From contig CAVXYC010000020.1 in the NCBI GenBank assembly GCA_963765765.1, forward strand, positions 128,001 to 192,000: a stretch of 64,000 bases of DNA, given 5' to 3'. Origin of the DNA: an uncultured Chloroflexia bacterium. GTDB taxonomy: Bacteria > Chloroflexota > UBA6077 > JACCZL01. The notes below the pieces were generated by a model. It had not been told where the DNA came from and made no database searches. It saw only the letters and a list, made by a program, of their open reading frames with translations. Of the stretch, positions 11,472-21,548 are shown in pieces; positions within the stretch are counted from its first letter, which is position 1; each line of letters begins with the position of its first letter. The position numbers and the translations under genes are program-made.

Positions 11472-12254
11472 ATGACGACATTAGTCCCACTCAAGATTAT
11501 CCCCGGGGCGGAGCCTTTCTGGCTTCCCGCCTCTGGAGATGTCGGATGCTTGCTCATCCACGGATTCACGGGCGCCCCGGCAGAGCTGCGCGGGCTAGGA
11601 GAACAACTCCAGCAAGCGGGCATAAGCGCCCTTGGCGTCCGTCTTCCGGGTCACGGGACGTCACTCGCAGACCTGGTGTTGCATGGCCGACGAAGCTGGA
11701 TCAGCTGCGCTCGAGCCGGCCTCGATGAGCTGCTCCAACACTGCAGGTCCGTCGTAATTTGCGGAATATCCATGGGTGGCACTATCGCGCTCAATATTTC
11801 CGCGGGCCTGGCTGACGCTCGGGTGCGAGGACTTGTAGTGATGGGTGCGCCGGTGCGGCTGGTGGACTTGCACTATCCACCGGCGGAGCTATTGCTGATG
11901 CTCAATCGTTGGCGCGACTGGGGGTCGCCCGATATCAAGGACCGAACCAAATGGGCGTCTCACATCGGCTACCGTTTGGCGCCAGTTCCGACCACAATCC
12001 AGCTCATTCGATTGGTCCACGAGACTTGGGAGCTGCTGCCCGATGTGCGACTGCCGCTCCTAGCGATGCACAGTAGGCACGATCACACAGTAATGCCGAT
12101 CAATCTGAATTGGCTGCTGAACCGGGTGGGCTCGACTGAGCGAGAAATCTTGTGGCTGGATGAGAGCTATCACGTGATCACTGAAGACTTCGATGCGGAC
12201 CGGGTGGCCCAGCAAGTGATCTCGTTTACCAATCGAATGGCTCGCTCGCAATGA
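11472..12254 (+). CDS. Carboxylesterase (alpha/beta hydrolase)
   Basis: LLIHGFTG, LPGHG, GISMGG nucleophile elbow, SYHVI. Confidence 0.88.
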   Translation: MTTLVPLKIIPGAEPFWLPASGDVGCLLIHGFTGAPAELRGLGEQLQQAGISALGVRLPGHGTSLADLVLHGRRSWISCARAGLDELLQHCRSVVICGISMGGTIALNISAGLADARVRGLVVMGAPVRLVDLHYPPAELLLMLNRWRDWGSPDIKDRTKWASHIGYRLAPVPTTIQLIRLVHETWELLPDVRLPLLAMHSRHDHTVMPINLNWLLNRVGSTEREILWLDESYHVITEDFDADRVAQQVISFTNRMARSQ

Positions 12255-13129
12255 TCTCACTCGGAAAGATGGTCACGTCGGCAGTGGGGGCGAGTACGCT
12301 AGCCGGTTTCGCCTACACCGCTATCCATGGCGCGACGCAGATCTCACGCCCGCGCCGCACACTACCAGAGTGGACTCCGAGCGAGATCGGTGTCCAATGG
12401 GAAGCTGTCTCGTTTCCAAGCTTAGATGGAACGCCGCTCAGTGCCTGGCTTATTCCAAATGAGTCCACTACCCGCGCGGTAATTTTGCTGCATGGATTCG
12501 GCGGGAATAAGGGCACAATGCTGGCCGTCGCGGAAATGTTAGCCGGCGATTTTAATGTTCTAGCAATGGATGTGCGTGGACATGGGGAAAGCGGTGGACT
12601 GTGGACCTCAGTGGGGCATTTCGAGCGCTACGACGCTGTGGCAGCGGCTCAGCATCTCGACCAACGAGGTTTCGGTCCCATCGGAGTACTGGGGATCTCC
12701 ATGGGTGGTGCGATTGCGTTGTTGGCCGCTGCTGAGAGCTCGCTAATTCAAGCTGTCATCGCGGATAGCTCCTTCGCGGTCCTTCGCCACGCGGTACTGG
12801 GCAAGGCTCGTTTACGCGGTTACCCGCCCGGCCTCGCTGAAATCTCCGCGCTTGCCGCTTGCCGAACAGTAGCGGCGCGTCTGGGTCACCCACCGACAGG
12901 CTCAGACCCAATTCTCGCGATTGGAAAGATCTCCCCTCGCCCCACCTTGCTCGTCCACTGCGCTTGCGACGTCATGATTCCACTGAGCGAGGCGCAGGCG
13001 CTCTTCGCCGCGTCAGGCGATCCCTGCGAGTTGTGGGTCATTCCGGACCTGGCTCACGCCGAATCCTCATCTGTGGCTGAAGAATATCGGGATCGCGCGA
13101 ACGAATTCTTTCTCAAAGCTTTGCGCTAA
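12251..13129 (+). CDS. Alpha/beta hydrolase
   Basis: LLHGF, DVRGHGESGG, GISMGG, PRPTLLVH; ATGA overlap with previous gene. Confidence 0.88.
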   Translation: MISLGKMVTSAVGASTLAGFAYTAIHGATQISRPRRTLPEWTPSEIGVQWEAVSFPSLDGTPLSAWLIPNESTTRAVILLHGFGGNKGTMLAVAEMLAGDFNVLAMDVRGHGESGGLWTSVGHFERYDAVAAAQHLDQRGFGPIGVLGISMGGAIALLAAAESSLIQAVIADSSFAVLRHAVLGKARLRGYPPGLAEISALAACRTVAARLGHPPTGSDPILAIGKISPRPTLLVHCACDVMIPLSEAQALFAASGDPCELWVIPDLAHAESSSVAEEYRDRANEFFLKALR

Positions 13130-13136
13130 CCCGCTC

Positions 13137-13592
13137 CTACGACCTGGCTGTGCGCCCTGAGGTCCAGTCAGCCAGTAAGCCGCCCAGTGATCCCGCGATG
13201 AGGTGGAGCAAGTCCGTCAAAATCATGGACGTGGAGTCCATAGGCCGCAGCACGTTGGGGCCGTATTTTGAGACCAGGTTCATTTCGACAAGCGCCGTGT
13301 AGCTGACGCCCACAAATATAAAGAGGGCTGCCACGGCAACACCTTGCATAAGTCCGGCTCTTCCCGCGATCTGCCCCGCTAGATAGGCCCCAGCAGCCAC
13401 GCAGAGGAACTGCATCGCGGGGCCGTAACCCGGGTTGTCCGCGGCACGAGACCAACCGCCGATGAAGCCAATGGCCAGCGCGAGGCCCGCGGCTAGCAAG
13501 AAGCCGAAAAACACGCCACGCCAGGAAATGATTCGCTCCTGGCGCTCCGTCACAGGCTTTGCAGGTGGCCGCGGGCCGTCATCAACACTCAT
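13137..13592 (-). CDS. Small multi-pass membrane protein
   Basis: Four Gly/Ala-rich hydrophobic segments. Confidence 0.65.
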   Translation of the reverse strand: MSVDDGPRPPAKPVTERQERIISWRGVFFGFLLAAGLALAIGFIGGWSRAADNPGYGPAMQFLCVAAGAYLAGQIAGRAGLMQGVAVAALFIFVGVSYTALVEMNLVSKYGPNVLRPMDSTSMILTDLLHLIAGSLGGLLADWTSGRTARS

Positions 13593-13761
13593 ACGTGGAT
13601 CGTATCATCCGCGACCACATGGTGGACGGTGCTGACTCAGGAGCGAGCCTAACCAGGCCGATTCTGAAGAGTCCAAGTATCATTCGGGCCCCACATGCGT
13701 CGGTATACTATCCCAGACGCTCACGGCCTCCGCGAATTGTCTCGCGGAAAGGAGACGAGTC

Positions 13762-14919
13762 TTGCGCATTGCTCAGGTTGCTCCCCCGCTCGAACAGGTG
13801 CCGCCCCCTAGATATGGCGGAACGGAGCGCGTCATCCACTCGCTCACCGAGGAGCTCGTCCGTCGTGGTCACGACGTGACCCTCTTCGCAAGTGGAGACT
13901 CCTCGACTTCCGCGCGGCTCGAGCCGGTTGTAGATCGAGCAATCTGGCATCACTCGCGCTTTCGGGATCACCTTCCATTCGTAATCTCGGAGCTTCAAAG
14001 CGTGCTCGATCGCTCTGAAGACTTCGACATTATTCACAGTCACCTGGATTACCTGGCGTACCCGTTTGCCCGCATGTCGTCCACCCCCTGGGTGCACACA
14101 CTGCATGGACGAATGGACTTGCCGGAGTATCAATGGGTCTATCGAAACTTCCCTGAAGCGAACTTGATCTCGATTAGCGAAAATCAGCGACGACCAGTCC
14201 CGTTTGCTAACTGGGTAGGAACCGTTTACAACGGGATTCCCGTGAGCGAATCCGTTTTTGAACCGCACAAAGGAGAGTATCTTGCCTTTGTCGGAAGGAT
14301 CGCGCCGGAGAAGAATCTGCATGTGGCGATTGAGGTGGCGATGATGTCCGAGATGCCGCTGAAGATCGCCGCGCGAATGCCCTTGCCCCAGTCAATGAAT
14401 CCAAACGATGGGGATGGGTGGACCTATTACGAGCAGAAGATCAAGCCAATGTTTGACGACCCACTGATCGAATACGTTGGCGAGCTGGACGAAAAAGAGA
14501 AACGGCTATTGCTTCGCCATGCTGCCGCGCTGATCAATCCCGTGAACTGGCCTGAGCCATTTGGATTAGTGATGGCTGAAGCAATGGCTTGCGGAACGCC
14601 GGTGATCGCAAAACGCGCCGGCTCGGTGCCTGAGGTCGTCGATGATGGACGCACAGGCTTCATCTGTGACTCAGCACTGGAGATGGCATTAGCATGCGAA
14701 CGTCTTTCGGAGATTGATCGTGCGGAGTGCCGACGCACCGCCGAAGTACGCTTTTCGCAGAGTGTCATGGCGGAGCAGTACGAGCGGGTCTATGAAACGG
14801 TCCTTGAACGTCAGGTCAGTCAGCGCGCGCTTACGATCCTGCGTGACGCGGGACTCGATGACGACGCCCCCATCAATCCCGGCGAAGAAGACTCCGCCTC
14901 TCGCATTACCCGCAATTGA
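13762..14919 (+). CDS. Glycosyltransferase family 4
   Basis: MRIAQVAP..VPP..YGGTER, GRIAPEK, WPEPFGLVMAEAMACGTPVI. Confidence 0.93.
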   Translation: MRIAQVAPPLEQVPPPRYGGTERVIHSLTEELVRRGHDVTLFASGDSSTSARLEPVVDRAIWHHSRFRDHLPFVISELQSVLDRSEDFDIIHSHLDYLAYPFARMSSTPWVHTLHGRMDLPEYQWVYRNFPEANLISISENQRRPVPFANWVGTVYNGIPVSESVFEPHKGEYLAFVGRIAPEKNLHVAIEVAMMSEMPLKIAARMPLPQSMNPNDGDGWTYYEQKIKPMFDDPLIEYVGELDEKEKRLLLRHAAALINPVNWPEPFGLVMAEAMACGTPVIAKRAGSVPEVVDDGRTGFICDSALEMALACERLSEIDRAECRRTAEVRFSQSVMAEQYERVYETVLERQVSQRALTILRDAGLDDDAPINPGEEDSASRITRN

Positions 14920-15073
14920 AGGTCTCATCAGGAGTGAGAGACGTCGATTTCGATAGTATGACCGCAGTGGCTCAGAGGTGGCGCGTAAGGCGCGCTGTGA
15001 TCATGTGCCTTAAGACCCATACGGTCAATTCCCATCAGATTCTCAGTAAACGGGGACGCCCGTCACGCGGGAG

Positions 15074-15874
15074 ATGCACGCGGTGAACATCATTGTGACG
15101 ATTAAACAGGTCCCGGATCCGGACATTCCGCCGACGCATTTCAAGGTTGACGAGGCGGCCAACAAGGTCATTCCTCCATCCGGAGTGAATCCGGTCATGA
15201 ACGGGTATGACGCAAACGCATTAGAAGCCGCCCTTCGTTTGAAAGAAGCGAACGGTGGAACGGTGACGGTGCTCACGCTCGGACCCGCAGAGGCCAAGGA
15301 TACGTTGAAGCGCGCTATCGCTATGGGCGCGGATCGAGCGTTCCACATCGACGATCCCGTACTTCTCGAAGGTGATGCGTTTGTCACGGCCACCGCGTTG
15401 GCGAAGGGCATCGAGAAGATCGGTGAATACGATCTCATCCTGAGCGGACGTCAAGCCAGCGATACGGACGGAGGTCAAGTGGCCCTTGGCATTGCCGAGT
15501 TGCTGGACCTGCCTTCGGCGGCGCCCATTCAGGCAATTGAACCGACCGACGGTGGAATACGTGTCCAGCGAATCCTGGAAGACGGATACCAGGTGCAAGA
15601 CCTGCCACTTCCGGCCCTTGCCGCCGTTTCGAGCGAAATTGGCGAGCCTCGCTACCCACCGTTACGTGGCATCATGGCCGCGGGCAAGGCGCAGATCCCC
15701 GTGTGGACGGCCGAAGACATCGGCATCAGCGACGCGGCAAGCTTGCAGAAGCGCTCACTCCGACGACTGTTTGTGGAGACGCGTGAAGCGCACTGTGAAT
15801 TGATCGAGGCTGATTCACCCGAAGAGGCCGGAGCAAAGCTGGCAGATCGCCTCCGAGAAGCGAAGCTGATCTAG
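15074..15874 (+). CDS. etfB: Electron transfer flavoprotein beta subunit
   Basis: IIVTIKQVPD, NGYDANALEAALRLKE, GRQASDTDGGQV, PRYP. Confidence 0.94.
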   Translation: MHAVNIIVTIKQVPDPDIPPTHFKVDEAANKVIPPSGVNPVMNGYDANALEAALRLKEANGGTVTVLTLGPAEAKDTLKRAIAMGADRAFHIDDPVLLEGDAFVTATALAKGIEKIGEYDLILSGRQASDTDGGQVALGIAELLDLPSAAPIQAIEPTDGGIRVQRILEDGYQVQDLPLPALAAVSSEIGEPRYPPLRGIMAAGKAQIPVWTAEDIGISDAASLQKRSLRRLFVETREAHCELIEADSPEEAGAKLADRLREAKLI

Positions 15875-15940
15875 TTGTCCCAGACACACTGAGTAAGTCA
15901 CGCATGTTTGACTTCTCGGCGGCTTCAGGAGAAATAAAGA

Positions 15941-16946
15941 ATGGCAGATGAACAGGGAGTGCTAATTGTTGCCGAGCTCAACGTCGACGGCCTCGCAGGC
16001 GTGTCCGCGGAGCTCGCCGGGATTGGCAGGAAAATCGCTGACGAGCTAGGCGAGCCGCTCGTAGCTCTAGTAATTGGACACAACGTGTCTGCACCCGCCT
16101 CGCAGCTCGGCGAGCTTGGAGCGGACCGAGTTCTCGTTGCCGACGATGCTCGGCTTGCCGGCTACCGAGCCGGACCTCATCCGGTCCGTTGTGATTTCTG
16201 CAATAGAGAGCGCGAATCCATCCACGATACTGCTGGCGCAGACCGCGAACGGACGTGACCTGGCGGCCCGACTGGCGTTCCGCCTGCAAACTGGCCTGGT
16301 GACAGACTGCACCGATCTGCGCGTTGATTCAGACACACACGCGCTGGTCATGACCAAGCCGGTGTTCGGTGGCTCCGCGCTGGCGGAGTACAGCGTTCCG
16401 GAAGCGAGACCACAGATCGCCACCGTGCGGCCACGTGTATTTGCGCCCGCCGACGCCCAGGCTGGCCGTGCCGCTGAGATCGAGACGCTGCAAGTGGATC
16501 TAGACAGCGTCCCGGGACGCCTCACGCTGGGCGAGACGGTTCAGGCCGAAACCGCGGAAGGCCCCAGGTTAAAAGATGCCAAAACCGTGGTCTCCGGGGG
16601 GCGAGGTCTTGGAGGTGCGGAGAACTGGCCCAAGATCGAAGAGATCGCCGGCATCCTGGGTGCCGCGGTGGGTGCGAGTCGCGCCGTGACAGATGCAGGC
16701 TGGGTAGCGCCCTCCCACCAGGTAGGACTGACAGGTCAAACCATTGCACCGGACCTCTATATCACCGTGGGTGTCTCGGGCGCGGTCCAGCACATTGCTG
16801 GCTGCTCCGGCTCGCGGAACATCGTCGCCATCAACAAAGACCCTGACGCCAACATCTTCAAGGTTGCCCGCTACGGTGTGGTAGGTGACTACAAAGCGGT
16901 GCTGCCGGCGTTTACCAAGCGCGTCCGCGAGCTGATGGGCGGCTAA
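15941..16946 (+). CDS. etfA: Electron transfer flavoprotein alpha subunit; frameshift near 16170
   Basis: [48 protein letters not shown]. Confidence 0.94.
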
Positions 16947-16964
16947 CACTCGCTCGTAGTGTTA

Positions 16965-17369
16965 CTAGCCTCCCCACACCGCTAACCCCGCTTGCGCAAT
17001 TTCCTCGTCTTCAGGGCCGCTGCGACCACCACTCACTCCTATGGCGCCGACTAGCTCGCCATTCTCGCGAATGGGCAGCCCCCCTTGAGCAAAGATGAGC
17101 TCGCCATTCTGGCGAATCATCTGCGCCTGAAATACCGGGCGCGCCGCTCGCTCGGCTAAAACCGTCGTAGATTCGTCCGCGGCGACCGAAGCAAATGCTT
17201 TGCCCCGGCCAACCTGTACCGTGGTCCAGCGCGCACCGTCCATACGATGCATGGCAATCAAATCACCGCGGGGATCCACGACTGCGATCGTCACCTTGCG
17301 ATCCATCTCGGCTGCCTTCGCCTCCGCGGCGGTTATCATCTGGACTGCGCGTTCTAGCGTGAATGCCAT
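16965..17369 (-). CDS. GlcG/HbpS family haem-binding protein
   Basis: IAVVDPRGDLIAMHRMDGA, GKAFAS, GGLPI, GAIGVSGG. Confidence 0.9.
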   Translation of the reverse strand: MAFTLERAVQMITAAEAKAAEMDRKVTIAVVDPRGDLIAMHRMDGARWTTVQVGRGKAFASVAADESTTVLAERAARPVFQAQMIRQNGELIFAQGGLPIRENGELVGAIGVSGGRSGPEDEEIAQAGLAVWGG

Positions 17370-17608
17370 AAGGTTGCTCCTCTCAGGGGATGGGAGTGGC
17401 TTGCCAATCGCCAAAAGCGTGTTCATTCGTCACTCTCCATATGCTTGTCGGAACGCCGAGTCTAGCATTGATGGGTCCATGAATCAAGACGGTGCCAGCA
17501 GTCATAAGTGTCAGACCGAATTGCGGGCAAGATCGCCAATGGTAGAAACGGGCTCCGCAGCTATACTCATTTCAGACGCCCGTGGGCTCGTCTCATTAGG
17601 AGAAGCGC

Positions 17609-18836
17609 ATGCTGACCAAAGAAGCGAACAAGCGACTCACCCAGGTTGGGCCAGGAACGCCTGGCGGCAACCTCCTCCGACGCTACTGGTATCCCGTGGC
17701 GACGAGCTCCCAGCTCGCTGACGAGCCCGTGCTGGCAGTGAAGCTCCTAGGGGAGAACCTGGCGCTCTATCGATCTCCCAATGGCGACCTCGGACTCATG
17801 GCCGAGCGTTGTCCACATCGCGGCGCGTCGATGGTCTACGGCATCCCAGAGGACGGTGGCTTACGCTGCCCGTATCACGGCTGGAAATTCTCGGAGGACG
17901 GCCAGGTGCCTGGAGCAACCGGCCGAGCCGGCCGAGAGCACCTTCAAGCACCGCGTGCGCATCCCAGCATATCCAGTTCAGGAGATGGGCGGGCTGATTT
18001 GGGCGTACCTTGGCCCGGCTCCGGCTCCGCTGCTCCCACGCTGGGACATTTTCGTGCGAGAAGATTGGGATCGCGAGATCGGTCTTACGTACCAGCCGTG
18101 CAATTGGGTGCAAATGATGGAGAACTCGATGGACCCCGTTCATCTCGAGTTCCTCCACACGGCGTACATGAACTACGTCATGGGCCGAGAGGGTCGACCG
18201 CCCGTCTCGAAGCCGCGTCATCATCTAAACATCGCCTTTGACGTGTTCGAGTATGGCATTTCCAAGAAGCGCTTCCTGGACGGCGACACGGGCGACGAGG
18301 ACCACTGGAAGGTCGGTCACCCGATCGTGTTCCCGAACATCCTGGCCATCGGCGACGACTCATGCCCACGGTTCGAGATCCGAGTTCCGCTGGATGACGA
18401 GTCCACCATGCACTACTCCTACTATTGCATCCCTCGAGCACCCGGTGAACCGGCTCGTGAGGACATTCCCGTGTACGAGATTCCCTATCTGAAAGAAGAC
18501 GGGAAGCTGGTCAACGACAACGTGCTCGGTCAGGACATGCTTTCCTGGATGACCCAGGGCGTGATCTCAGATCGCACCACAGAACGGCTGGGCTGGTCAG
18601 ACAAGGGCGTGATTCTCTTCAGAAGCATCATGTTTGAGCAGATGGAGAAGGTCGCCCGAGGCGAAGACCCGCTCGGTATCGTGCGTGATCCGGAGAAGAA
18701 CCAGATGCTCGTCGTTCCCCGTGAGCACAAAGCGTTCTACACGCCAACTGGGGATATGGTCATCGAGCATCAGACCAACGATCCGCTGGACGTCGTACGC
18801 TCCAAAGCCATATTCGGTCACGCCCCCAAGAGCTAA
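17609..18836 (+). CDS. Rieske non-haem iron oxygenase alpha subunit (LigXa/phthalate 4,5-dioxygenase-like); frameshift near 17905
   Basis: LTQVGPGTPGGNLLRRYW, CPHRG...CPYHGW Rieske motif, ENSMDPVHLEFLH iron site, QD. Confidence 0.93.
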
Positions 18837-18982
18837 CCGCCGAACAACAGGGCCGCATCCCGTGAGGGTGCGGCTCCATTCGCGATATCGCTAACCACCG
18901 TGCGTGCGCGAGGAATCGCTTCTCATGTACGCGGCTCTGAGGCTGGTTAGCATCTGCTATATTTGAGTGCTACCTGGTAGCT

Positions 18983-19072
18983 GGAGGGGTCGCATAGCCC
19001 GGTCTAGTGCGCCCGTCTCGAAAACGGGTAGGGTGCAAGCCCTCGTGGGTTCGAATCCCACCCCCTCCGCCA
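18983..19072 (+). tRNA. tRNA-Ser(CGA)
   Basis: Acceptor GGAGGGG/CCCCTCC-GCCA, anticodon arm CCCGT-CT-CGA-AA-ACGGG, long variable arm, GGTTCGAATC; extended -10 TGCTATATT at 18955. Confidence 0.97.
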
Positions 19073-19145
19073 GCACTAACTGAGATCACCTGGTCAACCG
19101 CTCCAACCTGCATACGCGGTCGGCGACACAACTGAATACTTCCCT

Positions 19146-19237
19146 GGAGAGGTCGCATAGCCTGGCCTAGTGCGCGCGCCTGGAAAGCGCGTGAACCTTA
19201 ATTGGTTCCGTGGGTTCGAATCCCACCCTCTCCGCCA
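19146..19237 (+). tRNA. tRNA-Ser(GGA)
   Basis: GGAGAGG...CGCGC-CT-GGA-AA-GCGCG, long variable arm, GGTTCGAATCCC, ends GCCA. Confidence 0.97.
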
Positions 19238-19318
19238 TAGACGATCGAGCCACTGTCAGCCGGGATATTAGCGGGCCGCCGCCTCGATGATTTCCGTCCT
19301 CGCACTCCTGTGATCGGA

Positions 19319-19324
19319 TATAAT
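19319..19324 (+). promoter_or_regulatory. -10 box of SRP RNA promoter
   Basis: TATAAT a few nt before the SRP RNA 5' end. Confidence 0.65.
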
Positions 19325-19329
19325 TTAGG

Positions 19330-19609
19330 TCCGTGGCTGTGCTAGACGGGGAGCTAGCGGTGCCCTGAACCCGCAACCCGCTGTAGCGGGGTTGAATCCC
19401 CACCCGAGGTCCAGCGCTGCTTGGTCAGGTCCGTACCGGGCTGCGATGATGGTCTGGTCCTGCGCGGCAGCGACTTGTGAACCCCGCCAGATCCGGAAGG
19501 AAGCAACGGTAAACGATTCTCGCTGGGTGCCGCAGGGTCACCGGGCCGTAGCACGCCAGTGCGGGGCCGCAAGGAGCGATGAGATCGACGGTGGGTGCAC
19601 GGTCACGGA
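19330..19609 (+). ncRNA. ffs: Large bacterial SRP RNA (with Alu domain)
   Basis: Complementary ends TCCGTGGCTGTGC / GCACGGTCACGGA; Alu part GCTAGACGGGGAG..AGCGGTGCCCTG.ACCCGCAACCCGCT; domain IV CCAGATCCGGAAGGAAGCAACGG. Confidence 0.93.
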
Positions 19610-19692
19610 ATTCCATCCCCCAGGGGCTCGCCTCGTATATCGAGTCCGAGCGTCGGGGTAACGAGCGCGAAGGTTCCCCGGCCGTAGCACGG

Positions 19693-20475
19693 CTGGATGG
19701 ACACCGGCCGCGCAAGCGATTCTCCCAGTCATTTCTGCGCGACCAGCGCATTGCCGACGCTATCGTCCGCGCGGCGCGCCTTACCGGCACAGAGTCCGTG
19801 CTGGAGATCGGTCCGGGCCAGGGCGTTCTTACTCAGCGCCTCGTGCGACAGGCCGCCCGGGTGGTGGCAGTGGAGATCGATCGGGATCTCGCCGCTCATC
19901 TGCCATCCGCGATCAGCGCTGACAACCTCCAGGTATTGACAATGGACGCGCTCGAACTAGACCCGGCCGCTCACAGCTTGAGCGACTACGTCCTTGTTGC
20001 GAACCTGCCCTATCACATCACCTCGCCCATCTTGATGCGCTACCTCCACGAGGTGACGCGCCCGCGTAGCGCGATTCTGATGATGCAGCGTGAGGTAGCT
20101 GAGCGGATATCGGCAAAGTCGGGGCAGTTGAGCTACCTGAGCATCGCCGTCCAGAGCGTCGCGTCGGTGGAAACCGTTCGCCAGGTCCCACCCACCGCCT
20201 TCGTGCCTCGTCCCAAGGTGGATTCCACGGTGCTACGCATCACCCCTCGAACTGATTCAGACGCTTCTCCGGAATTTCTCAAATTTGTTCGCAATGGGTT
20301 TACGCAGCCACGGAAACGGCTGGCCAATTCGCTATCGCAGGGACTCAACGTGCCCAAAGGCGTCCTGGACAGCTTTCTCGAAGAGCGCGGCATCTCTGAA
20401 CAAGCCCGAGCCCATGAGCTGTCAATCCAGCAATGGCGGGAGCTGAGTACGGCCTGGAGCAAACGGGCTGAGTAG
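19693..20475 (+). CDS. rsmA: 16S rRNA dimethyladenosine transferase; start uncertain (CTG 19693, or ATG 19697 with an indel)
   Basis: PRKRFSQSFL, VLEIGPGQGVLT, VEID, ANLPYHIT, MQREVAERI, FVPRPKVDS, FTQPRKRL. Confidence 0.93.
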   Translation: MDGHRPRKRFSQSFLRDQRIADAIVRAARLTGTESVLEIGPGQGVLTQRLVRQAARVVAVEIDRDLAAHLPSAISADNLQVLTMDALELDPAAHSLSDYVLVANLPYHITSPILMRYLHEVTRPRSAILMMQREVAERISAKSGQLSYLSIAVQSVASVETVRQVPPTAFVPRPKVDSTVLRITPRTDSDASPEFLKFVRNGFTQPRKRLANSLSQGLNVPKGVLDSFLEERGISEQARAHELSIQQWRELSTAWSKRAE

Positions 20476-20484
20476 TCAAACGTG

Positions 20485-20590
20485 CCTGGGAGCGCGGGCG
20501 TCCCGCCCGTCCCTCGGTGGCGCGGATCTCTGCACCCGCGACACCGCGCCACGGTTGACTGGCGGGTACAGAGACCCGCGCCACCGAGGG
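20485..20590. repeat. REP unit followed by REPIN-like inverted repeat
   Basis: CCTGGGAGCGCGGGCGTCCCGCCC then CCCTCGGTGGCGCGGATCTCTGCACCCGC...GCGGGTACAGAGACCCGCGCCACCGAGGG. Confidence 0.75.
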
Positions 20591-20626
20591 CGCAGTCAGC
20601 CCGACCATCGAAGATGGAGCCCTAAC

Positions 20627-21490
20627 CTGCCCACCATCGCCGCTCATGCCAAGATCAACCTGGGGCTTGAGATCATTGGCCGACGGGACGACGGATTCCA
20701 CGAAATCCGAAGTGTCTTTGCTCGCCTCGATCTGCACGACACGCTAACCATCAGGCCGGCCGCGGAGCTTGGCGTACGGTGGCCAGCCGGCATGCTGGCT
20801 CCATCGGATGATCTCATCCGCAGAGCGGCATCGTTGTTACGTGAAGTTACTGGGACGGCGCTGGGCGCGCGAATCACCCTGCACAAATCCATTCCGACGG
20901 CAGGCGGGCTTGGCGGAGGCAGCAGCGACGCTGCCGCTACGCTGTTCGCGCTCAATGAGATCTGGCAAATAGGACTAAAAACGGAGGCGCTCGCCCGTCT
21001 GGGTGCGCAGATCGGCTCCGACGTCCCTTCGTTCTTCTCCGCAGCCCCGGCTCTCGTCAGTGGTCGAGGCGAGATCGTTGAGCCCATACCGGCTCGGCCG
21101 TCACTTTGGGTTGTCCTTGTGGCACCCCAATGGAGCATCCCAACCAAGACGGCCACGCTGTTTCGTGCTTTGACACCAAATGACTTTTCCGACGGCTCCC
21201 AGGTCGCAAAAATCGCCGCGACCCTGTCCACGGGCACCGAGAATGAACTGAAGCCGACGAACACCTTCGAGCGCGTGATCGATCAAGCATTCCCAGAATG
21301 GTCGACAACACGAGCCAGCCTGGAGCGCGCATGCGGAGCACGCTTCTGGCTTACCGGAGCGGGCCCGTGTCTCTACGCGTTGCTGCCGAACCAGCAGGTC
21401 GCACAGGATGTGCTCGAACGGATTCGTCCTCTCTCCCTACCCGCACTGATCTCGCAGGTAGTAGACGGCCCGTTACGGGTCGATCCGTGA
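20627..21490 (+). CDS. ispE: 4-diphosphocytidyl-2-C-methyl-D-erythritol kinase; probable CTG start
   Basis: AKINLGLEI.GRRDDGFHEI, KSIPTAGGLGGGSSDAA, IGSDVP, LTGAGP. Confidence 0.93.
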   Translation: MPTIAAHAKINLGLEIIGRRDDGFHEIRSVFARLDLHDTLTIRPAAELGVRWPAGMLAPSDDLIRRAASLLREVTGTALGARITLHKSIPTAGGLGGGSSDAAATLFALNEIWQIGLKTEALARLGAQIGSDVPSFFSAAPALVSGRGEIVEPIPARPSLWVVLVAPQWSIPTKTATLFRALTPNDFSDGSQVAKIAATLSTGTENELKPTNTFERVIDQAFPEWSTTRASLERACGARFWLTGAGPCLYALLPNQQVAQDVLERIRPLSLPALISQVVDGPLRVDP

Positions 21491-21548
21491 CACGTGCTAG
21501 ACTCGAACCGTTTGTGATTCGTCTTTCAACATCTCGAGGAGGAGACTG

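Noticed and set aside
19579-19692. N-terminal extension of rsmA overlapping the SRP RNA, and a GGCCGTAGCACG 12-mer shared by the SRP RNA and the rsmA 5' region
   Set aside because: The ORF-finder start lies inside the ncRNA; the short repeat in GC-rich DNA may be chance.
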